DNA of 64,000 nt from positions 71,821 to 135,820 of the forward strand of contig JBHHVE010000001.1 of the NCBI GenBank assembly GCA_046754085.1, written 5' to 3'. Positions within the stretch are counted from its first letter, which is position 1. The number at the start of each line of letters is the position of its first letter. Origin of the DNA: Leptospirillia bacterium. Its GTDB lineage: Bacteria > Nitrospirota > JACRHL01. Both the position numbers and the translations under genes were made by a program. Below are positions 26,754 to 36,365 of this stretch, one piece after another. A model generated the notes under the pieces. That model was not told the origin of the DNA. It ran no database searches and saw only the letters and a list, made by a program, of their open reading frames with translations.

Positions 26754-27206
26754 CTAACCCCGGTCTTTGATGGCGCGGTCGATCTCGCGCCTGGCCTCGC
26801 GTTTTTTCAGGTCATCGCGCTTGTCGTGCAGGTGTTTGCCCTTACCCAGTCCCACCTCCAGCTTGATACGGCCGTTTTTCAGGTAGAAGCGTAGCGGTAT
26901 CAGGGTCAGGCCCTGTTCCTGCACCTTGCTCGCCAGGCGGCGGATTTCGCGCTTGTGCAGCAGCAGCTTGCGGCGCCGGGTGGGCTCGTGATTCATGATG
27001 TTGCCGTGGGAGTACGGCTGGATGTGGCACCCGATCAAAAACGCCTCTTCCCCGTCGAGGCGCACGTAGGCCTCCTTGATGTCCCCCTTGCCCAGGCGCA
27101 ACGACTTGACCTCGGTGCCCAGCAAAGCGATGCCCGCCTCGTAGGTATCGAGGATGTGGTAGTTGTGGTACGCCTTCTTGTTACTGGCGAGGGTATCGGA
27201 AGCCAT
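26754..27206 (-). CDS. smpB: SsrA-binding protein SmpB
   Basis: 150 aa. ...NKKAYHNYHILDTYEAGIALLGTEVKSLR...LHKREIRRL... matches the canonical SmpB sequence. Confidence 0.95.
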   Translation of the reverse strand: MASDTLASNKKAYHNYHILDTYEAGIALLGTEVKSLRLGKGDIKEAYVRLDGEEAFLIGCHIQPYSHGNIMNHEPTRRRKLLLHKREIRRLASKVQEQGLTLIPLRFYLKNGRIKLEVGLGKGKHLHDKRDDLKKREARREIDRAIKDRG

Positions 27207-27270
27207 AGGTTCGGAAGGGCCATCAGTCGGGAAACATGCGCAGCATGAAAGGGCGTATCATAGCAGAGCC

Positions 27271-27762
27271 ATGGCAAAACCGTATCGCTCAAGAAAGGGT
27301 TCCGGAGGCCTTGTGCGTGCTTCGGAAGGGATCGAGGCGATTGCCCGCGAGGGTGGTTGGGAGGCCCTGGTGGAGATGTGCCGCCTGAAGGCCTGCTGGC
27401 CCGAGGTGGTGGGGGATGCGGTGGCCGCCCATGCCCAGCCGGAGCGCCTGGTGCGGGGGCGGCTCACCGTGGTGGTGGACAACTCGGCGTGGCTGACCCA
27501 ACTGGCGTTTTTGAAAAACGACATCCAGCGCAAGGTGAACGCGCATTTGGGGGAGGGCCGGGTGAACGACGTGTTCATGGTGGTCGGCCGGCTGTCCCGC
27601 CCGAAGTCCGCGCCCAAGCCGCCACCGGCGCCCCCGGTCTCTCCGGAGCTTGCCCGGGAGGTGGAGTCGTGGGTGGGGGAAGTGGCCGACGAGGAGGTTC
27701 GCGACGCGCTTCGCGCCATGATACAAAACGGCCTGCGCCATGGACGCAGGCCGTCTCGTTAA
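27271..27762 (+). CDS. DUF721-domain protein (DciA-like)
   Basis: From the ATG at 27271: MAKPYRSRKGSGGLVRASEGIEAIAREGGWEALVEMCRLKACWPEVVGDAVAAHAQPERLVRGRLTVVVDNSAWLTQLAFLKNDIQRKVNAHLG, which is a typical DUF721 core. The listed ORF starts at 27163 and overlaps the smpB start. Confidence 0.6.
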   Translation: MAKPYRSRKGSGGLVRASEGIEAIAREGGWEALVEMCRLKACWPEVVGDAVAAHAQPERLVRGRLTVVVDNSAWLTQLAFLKNDIQRKVNAHLGEGRVNDVFMVVGRLSRPKSAPKPPPAPPVSPELAREVESWVGEVADEEVRDALRAMIQNGLRHGRRPSR

Positions 27763-27788
27763 CCCGAAAACCGCTTCAAGGGGTATTT

Positions 27789-28931
27789 TTACCGGGCGTT
27801 GGGGTCGGCCCCCACCTTGCTGGTAAAGTCGGTCTTGGCGGCGGATTTCCGGCCACGCACCCGTTCGGCGCGCTTGAAGTTGATCTTGCCCGTCTTGGTC
27901 ATATCGGCCACCACGTAGTCACCCGGCTTGATCTCGCCGGCCGAGAACAGGTCGGCCACCTCGCCGTCAATGTGGCGCTCCACCTGCAAAATAAGGGGCC
28001 GCGCACCCAGGTCGGAGTCATAGCCTGAATCGAGCAAAAACTCTTTTACCGCCGGGTTGATCTGTACCGCGAAACCAGCCTTGGCGAAACGCGCCAGACT
28101 CTGGTCGAGAATGATGTCGAGCACCTTGGCGAGGGTGTCGCGGTCCAGCGGGTTGAACACCACGAAATCGGAGATGCGGTTGCGAAACTCGGGGCTGAAC
28201 GACTTTTCCATCTCGCGGTTCACCGCCTGGTCCACCGAAATCTTGTTAGGGATTGCGCGGGAGGCGGCGAAGCCGATGCCGCTGTTGTCCAGCAGGTTGC
28301 TGACTTCGCGGGAGCCGACGTTGCTGGTCATGATGACGATGGTGGAGGTGAAGTCCACCTCGGGGGAGGCCTCGTGGGTCCGCCGCGCCAGGGTCAAACG
28401 GCCCTCGTCCATGATGTGCAGCAGCATGTTGTGGATCGCCGGGTGGGCTTTTTCGATCTCGTCGAACAACACGATGCTCCACTCCCGGCTCTCGATCTCG
28501 TCCTTGTCCAGGATCACCGGCAGGTCCGAGCCGACGTAGCCCGGAGGGCTGCCGATCAGGCGGGAGATGGAGTGGGGTTCGGAAAACTCCGAGCAGTCCA
28601 CCCGCAGGATCGCCTTGGGATCGTTGTGAATGGCCTGGGCCAGTGCCTTGACCGCCTGGGTCTTGCCGACCCCGGACGGACCGGAGAAGAAGAAGGTGGC
28701 GATGGGCTTTTCCTTGTTACGGAAGCCCGCCGCGGCACGGGTCAGGGCGCGGGTGATGGCGGTGACCGCCTCATCCTGGCCGATGACCTGCTCTCGCAGG
28801 GTGCGCTGAATAAATTCGAGTGGGTGCTTGCGCTTCTTCCTGGTTCCGAGCGGAACCGTTGCCTTCGGAATCAGACCGGAGCCTGCCTTGGGCTTCTGCG
28901 GTGCCGCTGCACCGGATCCTGCGTAATTCAT
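27789..28931 (-). CDS. Standalone AAA+ ATPase of the ClpA/ClpB D2 type (AAA_2 + ClpB_D2-small)
   Basis: 380 aa. VIGQDEAVTAITRALTRAAAGFRNKEKPIATFFFSGPSGVGKTQ (Walker A), LFDEIEKAHP (Walker B/sensor), and SPEFRNRISDFVVFNPL (ClpB D2-small). There is no D1 domain and no N-domain. Confidence 0.7.
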   Translation of the reverse strand: MNYAGSGAAAPQKPKAGSGLIPKATVPLGTRKKRKHPLEFIQRTLREQVIGQDEAVTAITRALTRAAAGFRNKEKPIATFFFSGPSGVGKTQAVKALAQAIHNDPKAILRVDCSEFSEPHSISRLIGSPPGYVGSDLPVILDKDEIESREWSIVLFDEIEKAHPAIHNMLLHIMDEGRLTLARRTHEASPEVDFTSTIVIMTSNVGSREVSNLLDNSGIGFAASRAIPNKISVDQAVNREMEKSFSPEFRNRISDFVVFNPLDRDTLAKVLDIILDQSLARFAKAGFAVQINPAVKEFLLDSGYDSDLGARPLILQVERHIDGEVADLFSAGEIKPGDYVVADMTKTGKINFKRAERVRGRKSAAKTDFTSKVGADPNAR

Positions 28932-29123
28932 TTCCCTTATTCTCCCTTCCCTTGGAGTGCATCGGGTGTGTTCAGGTTATGCGGGAAGGTCCCGCCCCCC
29001 TGGTCGTTTATACGTCCAAAAACGTTTGGGCGGATTCAACGGCACGGCTTATTTTTCGGTGGAAAAACGCCGGTGCTTTAGGGGGCGGGTGGAGGATATC
29101 GGCGTGTGAGAAAAAAAGTCCTT

Positions 29124-29939
29124 TTATACCGATGGTTTATGGCCACTCGCCACCAGATATACCTGGGGCAGAACCAGGTGTCCGTCCGACTGGTAGGCCC
29201 CGGCTATTCGGGCCACTTCGTCCCGCACCTGATCGTGCTGATCGGGGGTCAGGGCGTCGAACTGGGCCTTCAGAATTTCCGATGCCTGCACCAGATCCCA
29301 GTAGGCGTCAAAGTCGGGGAAGGTGTAGGGAAGGATATGGCGGCTGATCTCGAAATCGCCGAACCCGGCAGATTGCAGCGTCCCGTCCAGCACCCCCTCG
29401 GGGCCGAGGCTGGTGACCTGGTTTACGATCTGTGAGCGGGTGTCTTCCGGCAGGTGCAGGTTCAGGGCATTGACGGTAATGGTGAGGGCGGGTACTTCGT
29501 CCGGCCCGCCCCACACCGAAAGGGCGAAGCGGCCGCCGGGGGTCAGCACCCGCCACATCTCCCCCAGTCCCGCCACCGGGTCGGTGAACAGCATGACTCC
29601 GAAGCGGCACACCACCCGGTCGAAGGCGGCGTCTGGAAACTGAAGGGATTCGGCGGGCATCACGCCAAAACGGAGGTTTTCAAGACCCGCGGTTTCGGCC
29701 TTTTTCCGGGCCACGTTCACCATGCCCGCGGCGGCGTCCACCAGGGTGATGCTGGCGTCGGGATAGCGCATGGCCAGGGTCAGGGCGGGCTCACCGGTGC
29801 CACAGGCCATATCCAGAATGCGCCGAGGGTTGTCGGCCTGAAGGCCGTCCAGCAGGTGGTCTGTTACTGGCGCCAGGTGCGGCAGCCACAGGTCAAATTT
29901 TTGTGCGATCCGGTTCCAGTCGGGCTGTGTTTCGGTCAT
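29124..29939 (-). CDS. Class I SAM-dependent methyltransferase
   Basis: 271 aa with the ILDMACGTGEPALTL motif I and the VLTPGGRFALSVWG motif. Confidence 0.8.
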   Translation of the reverse strand: MTETQPDWNRIAQKFDLWLPHLAPVTDHLLDGLQADNPRRILDMACGTGEPALTLAMRYPDASITLVDAAAGMVNVARKKAETAGLENLRFGVMPAESLQFPDAAFDRVVCRFGVMLFTDPVAGLGEMWRVLTPGGRFALSVWGGPDEVPALTITVNALNLHLPEDTRSQIVNQVTSLGPEGVLDGTLQSAGFGDFEISRHILPYTFPDFDAYWDLVQASEILKAQFDALTPDQHDQVRDEVARIAGAYQSDGHLVLPQVYLVASGHKPSV

Positions 29940-29948
29940 GGCGGGTTC

Positions 29949-31367
29949 CTAACGGGTATGGGCCGCGGCGATTTCGCCATACAGCAGGGCGGCGGCGCGG
30001 CAGGCCTTGGTGAAGTCGGACAAAGACAGGCTCTCGTTTTCGCCGTGGGCGCGGCAGGGGGGGTCTTCCACCCCCAACAGCAGGGCCGGGATATTTCCCA
30101 TGGCGCGGGCGAACGGCTCCACGAACGGGATGCTTCCGCCGCAGCCGATGTGCGCCACCGGGTAGTCATAGCCCGCCGACAGGGCGCGGGCGGCGGCGTC
30201 GAACAGGGGTCCTTGCGGGTCCGTGCGCCAGCCGCCGGCGGCGGTGTCGGGGGAGATTTCCACCCGGCAGCCCCAGGGGGTATCGGCGGCAAGATATGTG
30301 GTCAGTGCGGTCAGGCAGGTTTGCGGATCCTGATCCGGCGCCAGCCGCACCCCCACCCGGGCGCGGGCAAGGGGCAGGATCTGGTTGCTGGACTCGGCCA
30401 GGGGCACGCAGTCGATGGCGCTGACGGCCACCGTGGGGGCATCCCACGTGGCGTGGTAGGTGGCGGCGCCACCTTCGGTCAGGAGCGGTACGCCGTCGAG
30501 TACGCCGCCCTGCTCGCGGTATTTGTTGTCATTGAATGGCAGGTTCGCAAGGTCGCTCCGGGGGGGCGTATCAATCGCGATGCCGGGGATGGCGCAACGC
30601 CCGGCATCGTCCGACAGGCGGGCGAGAATTTTCGCCAGCGCCTGCACCGGGTCCGGCAGTGCGCCGCCCCATATGCCCGAGTGCAGGGGGCCGTTGAGCA
30701 CCGACACGGTGACGTCCGCCATCACCAGCCCGCGCAGGCTCACGGTGAGGGCGGGGATGCCGGTGTCCAGGTTGCAGGTATCGGTCAAAATAAGCACGTC
30801 GGCGGCCAGCCGTTCGCTGTGGGCGGCAAGAAATTCCGCCAGATGGGGGGAACCCACCTCCTCCTCCCCTTCAATAATGAAGACCAGATTAACCGGCAGC
30901 GACCCCGTGGCGGCCAGCCAGGCCCTCACTGCCGCCACGTGGGCCATGATGCCGGCCTTGTCGTCCACCACGCCGCGCCCGTACAGCCGCCCGTCCCGTT
31001 CCTCCGGCTGCCACGGCGGGCTGTCCCAGCGTTCCGGGTTGCCTGGCGGCTGGACGTCGTGGTGGCCGTAGACCAGCACGGTGGGCGCATCCGGCGCACC
31101 CCGCCACGCCCCGACCACGAACGGCGGCGCCTGGCCGTGGGTCAGCACCTCCACATCCAATAGACCGGCTGCGGTGAGTTTGTCCGCCACCTGTTTTGCC
31201 GATTCCATGAGGGGGGCGTCCGGGTAGCCCGGCGCGCTCACGCCGGGAATTTTGACCAGCGATTTGAGGTCTTCAACGGTACCTGGCATGCCCTCCGCCA
31301 CGGCGCTGAGCACTGCGTCCGCATGGGGGTGTGCGGGGGGGTTGGGGGTAGCGGAAGTCGTGGGCAT
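29949..31367 (-). CDS. M20-family metallopeptidase/dipeptidase
   Basis: HHDVQPP...VVDDKAG...FIIEGEEEVGSPHL...GGSIP matches M20/M25/M40. The likely start is the internal Met at 31367 (MPTTSATPNPP...). The listed ORF runs to 31565 with a 66-aa implausible leader. Confidence 0.75.
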   Translation of the reverse strand: MPTTSATPNPPAHPHADAVLSAVAEGMPGTVEDLKSLVKIPGVSAPGYPDAPLMESAKQVADKLTAAGLLDVEVLTHGQAPPFVVGAWRGAPDAPTVLVYGHHDVQPPGNPERWDSPPWQPEERDGRLYGRGVVDDKAGIMAHVAAVRAWLAATGSLPVNLVFIIEGEEEVGSPHLAEFLAAHSERLAADVLILTDTCNLDTGIPALTVSLRGLVMADVTVSVLNGPLHSGIWGGALPDPVQALAKILARLSDDAGRCAIPGIAIDTPPRSDLANLPFNDNKYREQGGVLDGVPLLTEGGAATYHATWDAPTVAVSAIDCVPLAESSNQILPLARARVGVRLAPDQDPQTCLTALTTYLAADTPWGCRVEISPDTAAGGWRTDPQGPLFDAAARALSAGYDYPVAHIGCGGSIPFVEPFARAMGNIPALLLGVEDPPCRAHGENESLSLSDFTKACRAAALLYGEIAAAHTR

Positions 31368-31487
31368 CAAGCTGCTCAAAAACAGAGAAAGTGATTCTGA
31401 AAGGTACGGGGTTGAGGGGTCTGATGCAAGTGCCGATAAGGAGCGCAGGGGACGCCTTTCATTCATTCGAAGCAGGGAGCGCTTTCG

Positions 31488-31943
31488 ATGCATCACACCA
31501 CCCGCCCGCTGGACCTGCGTGCCGTATCCCACGGCGACATACCCACCCGCGAGGGCATGGGGCACTATCTGGACAGCCTGCTTGAGGAATCGTACACGTG
31601 GCTTTCCGAATGTGCCGTACAGCGGGGTATCCCGGACCTGTGGCGGGACGAGGTGGAAGCCCTGCGGGACCGGGTGGCCGAACTGCGCGTCTCCCTGTCG
31701 CCCTCCACGGGCTATACGGTAATCAACGCCGGACGCTCGGGGGATGCGATGCCGGGCATGGCCCGCGCGGTGATGTTCGACCTGACGCGGGTGGGGTTGT
31801 TCACCGGGTTTCGCGACCGCTGCGAATCTCTCGGTTCACGCATTTGCGACTCCGGTGGGGCCGGTGCCGCCCTCGAGGAGTTGCGGGCCGGTCTGAACCT
31901 GTTGGGCAGTACGTGGCGGGAGGCGGCAAACAGTCGGGTATAA
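31488..31943 (+). CDS. Hypothetical protein
   Basis: 151-aa ORF with balanced amino-acid composition in an otherwise gene-free gap, divergent from the peptidase gene. No recognisable motifs. Confidence 0.3.
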   Translation: MHHTTRPLDLRAVSHGDIPTREGMGHYLDSLLEESYTWLSECAVQRGIPDLWRDEVEALRDRVAELRVSLSPSTGYTVINAGRSGDAMPGMARAVMFDLTRVGLFTGFRDRCESLGSRICDSGGAGAALEELRAGLNLLGSTWREAANSRV

Positions 31944-32110
31944 TCACCGCTCGTTTGTCGGGCCCGTCATTACGGGCGCATAAACCACCCTGGGCCCGTA
32001 TGTCCCTTGATCCAGAATCATCTTTCATTCCCGTCCCCGGTCCATGCCGAAACCCTGTCTGCGGGGTTGTGGGTCGGGCCATGTTTTAGCGGACCTGCCC
32101 GGCGAGCCGG

Positions 32111-35100
32111 ATGCGTATAGCCGGTCTGGCATTTTTGATCCTGTCGGGCATGGCGGCCCTGACCTATCAGGTGACCTGGGTGCGCCTGCTGGGACTCAGC
32201 ATGGGATCGACCAGCGCCGCCGTGGGTACCGTGCTGGCCGCCTTTTTCCTCGGCATGTCGGGGGGCAGCTACCTTTCCAGATATTTTGTCAGCCCGCGGT
32301 TTCATCGTCTGACGCCCTACATTGCTCTGGAGGTCATGATCGGGCTGTCGGGTCTTGCCCTGCTGCCGATACTGCTGCACCTGGATGGCGTGATGGCGGG
32401 CTTCCCGCTGTTGGGCAAGCTGCTGGTGGTCAAGTTCCTGATCGCCATGGTGCTGCTCTCGATTCCGAGTATCTGCATCGGTGCCACCTTCCCGGTAATG
32501 GCCGGAATTCTCATCGAGCGGGACCACAATATCGGACGGCACTTCGGCCAGCTTTACAGCCTGAATACACTTGGTGCCGTGCTGGGCGCGGGTCTGTCGG
32601 GTTTTGTGCTGATTCCGGCCTTCGGGCTCGACGGCGCCACCTATGTGGCGGTCGCCCTCAACTTTACCATTGTGATCACCGGCGTGCTGCTCATGCGGGA
32701 CGCGGGCGTCCGGGGTGGGGATGTGGAGACGCCGCATGCATCCGATGCACAGGTTGCCGCGCCCTATCAGACGGCGGCGTTCATCGTGCTGTTTTTTTCC
32801 GGGTTTACCGCCATTGCCACGGAGGTCGGCTACACCAAATACGTTGCGATTTTTGCCGGCACCACCATTTACGGGTTCGCCGCGATCCTGACCGTGTTTC
32901 TGGCGGGTATCACCCTGGGGTCGTGGTTGATCAAGTCGATGATCGATCGCATCCGGCAGCCCCAGGTATGGATGGCTTACGGTCTGGTGCTGTTGGGTTT
33001 CAGCCTGGTGTTGACCCGATCGAACCTCAACCTGCTGCCGCCGCTCAGCGGCATGCTCGGCGCCATGGATGTGTCCGACATGGCTATCCGGTGGATCAAG
33101 TACGGCGCAATATTCCTGATTCTGCTGCCCCCCACGCTCCTGTTCGGGGCGCTGTTTCCCCTCAACCTGCGGCTCTACTGCGGCGACGTGGCCCGCATGC
33201 GTACCCGGGTGGGGCAGGGGTACGCCATCAACACGCTGGGCAGCATTCTGGGTTCCCTGTTCGCCGGGTTTTTCATCATCCCCCGGTTTGGCACCGACAC
33301 GCTGCTGGGTCTCATGGCAGGTGTTCTGATCGTCCTGGGCTTGCTGTTCCTGCCGCATATGGGCACCCCCCGCGCCCGGTTCGCGCTGCTGGGCGCGACG
33401 GCGCTGGCGCTGGCCGGGTTCGTGCTGTTGCCTGCGCTCAAGTTTGAAAAGGTGGTGGCCACGGCGTTGAAGGTGCACCCGGATGCAGTGGTGTTTCTCA
33501 AGGAGGGCAAGACCGCGGTTATCAGCCTGAGCCGCACCCCCCTGCCCCGGCTCACGCTGGCCAGCAACGGCTTGCAGGAATCCTCCGTCAACATCCAGAA
33601 CCCGACCCGGGGTCCCGCCGGAGCGGTGGTGCTGGGGGCCTTTCCCTACCTGTTTCACCCGGATGCCGAGACGGCGTTTCTGATCGGGTTTGGTGGTGGT
33701 ATCACCACTCACGTCATGACCACCACCGGGCTTTCCGTGATACGCGTGGTGGAGTTGGAGCCCGTGGTGATCGAGGCGGTGGAAAGCCTGCACGGGGGGA
33801 AGGTTCCTGCCTTTTCGGACCCTCGGGTGCGGCTTGACATCAACGATGCCCGCCACACCCTCCTGATGGAGGATGAACGGTACGATCTCATTATTTCCCA
33901 GCCGTCGCATCCGTGGGTGGCGGGCATGGCCAATCTCTTTACCCGGGAGTTTTACCAGTTGGCGGCGTCTCGTCTGAATGATGGGGGAATCTTTAACCAG
34001 TGGATCAACCTGTACCACATGGACGCAGAGACCCTGGGCATCCTGGTTCGCACGTTTTATGAGGTGTTTCCCCACGGCATCGTGCTGGGGGACAACCTGG
34101 GCATGCTGTCCAGCTGGGTGGTGCCGGGTGAGCGCGTGGAATCACGGGGGGACGGCTCGCTGTACCTGCTCGGCTCCAACCGCCCGATCGGGTTTGATGC
34201 GGCCGGTGTCGGCCGGCGACTGGCGGGCATGACGGAGAACGATGCCGCCATCGGCCAATTGTGGCAGACCCCCGAAATGCTGTTTGCAAGCTACCTGTTC
34301 TCCCGGGAGGAGGCGCTGGCGCTCAGCCGGATGCCGGACGTGAACACCGACGCCAACCTTCTGTCCGAGGTGCGTCTGGCCGCACTGGAAAAAACACCGA
34401 CCGGCGACCGGGATCCGGTTCGGGGAATTCTGAACCGGCTTGAGTTCGACCTTGTGCCGTACCTGGGCGCGGACACGGCCCGCTTCCTCAGTCAGTTTGG
34501 CGAGCGCTTCCTGGCCAACGACCAGTTGAAAATGGCGGAACGGGTCGAGATGGCCCTTGAGGAGATCGACCCGCAGCGAGGCCGCTGGCTCCGGCATGCG
34601 CGCCTGACGGCGGCATACGATTTTCCCCAGTCCATGCCGCTTTACCAGGCGCACCAGGACTGGCCCGCCGCCAACCGCTACGCTCAGGCCGTGGCCTTTA
34701 TGGACTTGGGACGGCTTGCCGATGCGGCCGCGGTGGTGAAGGACATGGGTGACCCGGCACTGGGGCGGCTGGCGCTGGCGCGGCTGCTGTTCGAGAGGGG
34801 CGCGTTTGCGAGGCTTGCGGCCATTAAACCCGCCTCGGTGGCGGAATGGCGCTGGCAACTGGTGGGTATGGCGCGGCAAAAACCGGCTCTTGCAGCGCGC
34901 GGATTAGCCCGGGTGGCCGAGGCCGACCCGGCATCCCTCGAAATCCCTCAATTACAGACACTGGTCCAGCTACAACGAGCCTACCCCAAGGCAGTTCCGC
35001 CCGCAGTCGACGCCGGGCGTCTGCTGCGGGCGCGGATCAATCAGGAGGTGTTGTCCCTCAGCGGCCTGCTTGAGGAGGCCACCCGGTCGGGAAACCAGGC

Positions 35101-35152
35101 CCATGCCCGGGTGCTGCTGGGGCGGATCAGGCAGATGCGCAAAATCCGCTGA
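32111..35152 (+). CDS. Fused MFS-like membrane domain / spermidine-synthase-like (polyamine aminopropyltransferase fold) / TPR-like C-terminal protein
   Basis: 1013 aa. About 12 N-terminal TM helices. The central domain has FLIGFGGGITTHVM...VVELEPVVIEAV...DARHTLLMEDERYDLIISQPSHPW, a spermidine-synthase/SAM-MTase-like fold. The helical C-terminal region is repeat-rich. Confidence 0.7.
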   Translation: MRIAGLAFLILSGMAALTYQVTWVRLLGLSMGSTSAAVGTVLAAFFLGMSGGSYLSRYFVSPRFHRLTPYIALEVMIGLSGLALLPILLHLDGVMAGFPLLGKLLVVKFLIAMVLLSIPSICIGATFPVMAGILIERDHNIGRHFGQLYSLNTLGAVLGAGLSGFVLIPAFGLDGATYVAVALNFTIVITGVLLMRDAGVRGGDVETPHASDAQVAAPYQTAAFIVLFFSGFTAIATEVGYTKYVAIFAGTTIYGFAAILTVFLAGITLGSWLIKSMIDRIRQPQVWMAYGLVLLGFSLVLTRSNLNLLPPLSGMLGAMDVSDMAIRWIKYGAIFLILLPPTLLFGALFPLNLRLYCGDVARMRTRVGQGYAINTLGSILGSLFAGFFIIPRFGTDTLLGLMAGVLIVLGLLFLPHMGTPRARFALLGATALALAGFVLLPALKFEKVVATALKVHPDAVVFLKEGKTAVISLSRTPLPRLTLASNGLQESSVNIQNPTRGPAGAVVLGAFPYLFHPDAETAFLIGFGGGITTHVMTTTGLSVIRVVELEPVVIEAVESLHGGKVPAFSDPRVRLDINDARHTLLMEDERYDLIISQPSHPWVAGMANLFTREFYQLAASRLNDGGIFNQWINLYHMDAETLGILVRTFYEVFPHGIVLGDNLGMLSSWVVPGERVESRGDGSLYLLGSNRPIGFDAAGVGRRLAGMTENDAAIGQLWQTPEMLFASYLFSREEALALSRMPDVNTDANLLSEVRLAALEKTPTGDRDPVRGILNRLEFDLVPYLGADTARFLSQFGERFLANDQLKMAERVEMALEEIDPQRGRWLRHARLTAAYDFPQSMPLYQAHQDWPAANRYAQAVAFMDLGRLADAAAVVKDMGDPALGRLALARLLFERGAFARLAAIKPASVAEWRWQLVGMARQKPALAARGLARVAEADPASLEIPQLQTLVQLQRAYPKAVPPAVDAGRLLRARINQEVLSLSGLLEEATRSGNQAHARVLLGRIRQMRKIR

Positions 35153-35165
35153 CCCGGCGCGTGCT

Positions 35166-36365
35166 TTAGGTTCGGTAGTCGGCGTTGATCTTTACATAGT
35201 CGTAGGACAGGTCGCAGGTGACGTAGGTGGCGGTGCCGGGGCCGTCGCCCACGGTCAGGGTGATGGTATACGCGTCGCCCGCCATGACATCGGCGGCCAC
35301 TAACTCCGCCGCTTCCCCCTCATAGGCTCCGCCTTTCACCAATACCACGTCGCCGATGCTCAGGGACGCTCCCGCTATGTCAAACGGCACCTGGGCCTGA
35401 CCTGCGGCGGCGATGATCCGCCCCCAGTTGGGATCGGCCCCGAATAGGGCGGTCTTGACCAGGTTGGAGGTGGCCACCTGACGGCAGATGGCGCGGGCTG
35501 CTTCGTCGTCGGTGGCGCCGGTCACGGTGATGTCCACCAGCTTGGTGGCGCCCTCGCCGTCGGCCACGATGGCCCTCGACAGCCGTTCGCACACCGCGTA
35601 AATCAGGCTGTACAGGGCGTTCCAGTCATCGCCTTCTGCGGTGATTTCGGGGTGTTCGGCGTGGCCGTTGGCCAGCGCCAGCACGCAGTCGTTGGTGGAG
35701 GTGTCGCCATCCACCGTAATACGGTTGAAGGTGAACTCCACGGCCCGTGCCAGCATGGCCTGCAGGGCGGAAGCCGACACCGCCGCATCGGTGGCGATGA
35801 AGCACAGCATGGTGGCCATGTCCGGATGGATCATGCCGGAGCCCTTGGCAATGCCGGTGACCGTCACAGGGGTGCCGCCGATGGCGCCTTCCGCCGTATG
35901 CCACTTGGATACCAGGTCGGTGGTGCGGATGGCGTCGGCGGCGTCTTCCCAGCCGTTTTTTGCCAGAGCGGAAGCCGCCTTGGGGATGCCGTCCCGCAGC
36001 GCATACATGGGCAACGGCTGGGCGATGACTCCGGTGGAGGCCACCGCAACCTCGGACTCGGAAATGCCGAGGGCGTCGGCGGTAAGCCGGCACATCTCGC
36101 GGGCGTCCGCCTCGCCGGTGTCGCCGGTGTAGGCGTTGGCGTTGCCGCTATTGGCCACCAGTGCGCGCAGCGGTCCACCCGCCACCACCTGCCGGGTGAG
36201 CTCCACCGGGGCTGCCCGCACCAGGTTCCGGGTGAACACACCGGCGGCTGCCGCGGGCCGGTCCGAGGCGATCAGCATCAGGTCCCGGGTGTCGCCGGGC
36301 TTGATGCCGCAGTGGATGCCGGCGGCGGTAAAGCCCGGCACCGATAGCGGGGATGAGTTGCTCAT
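35166..36365 (-). CDS. argJ: Bifunctional glutamate N-acetyltransferase / amino-acid acetyltransferase ArgJ
   Basis: From M at 36365: MSNSSPLSVPGFTAAGIHCGIK..., with the autoproteolytic ATMLCFIATDA site, which is canonical for ArgJ. The start overlaps the argC stop (ATGA). The listed ORF has a 21-aa upstream extension. Confidence 0.9.
   Translation of the reverse strand: MSNSSPLSVPGFTAAGIHCGIKPGDTRDLMLIASDRPAAAAGVFTRNLVRAAPVELTRQVVAGGPLRALVANSGNANAYTGDTGEADAREMCRLTADALGISESEVAVASTGVIAQPLPMYALRDGIPKAASALAKNGWEDAADAIRTTDLVSKWHTAEGAIGGTPVTVTGIAKGSGMIHPDMATMLCFIATDAAVSASALQAMLARAVEFTFNRITVDGDTSTNDCVLALANGHAEHPEITAEGDDWNALYSLIYAVCERLSRAIVADGEGATKLVDITVTGATDDEAARAICRQVATSNLVKTALFGADPNWGRIIAAAGQAQVPFDIAGASLSIGDVVLVKGGAYEGEAAELVAADVMAGDAYTITLTVGDGPGTATYVTCDLSYDYVKINADYRT

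Noticed and set aside
31598-32089. 163-aa + ORF overlapping the 31488-31943 hypothetical protein in another frame
   Set aside because: It is an R/G/P-rich shadow frame. Only one of the two overlapping frames can be coding, and the 31488 frame has the more protein-like composition, though with low confidence itself.
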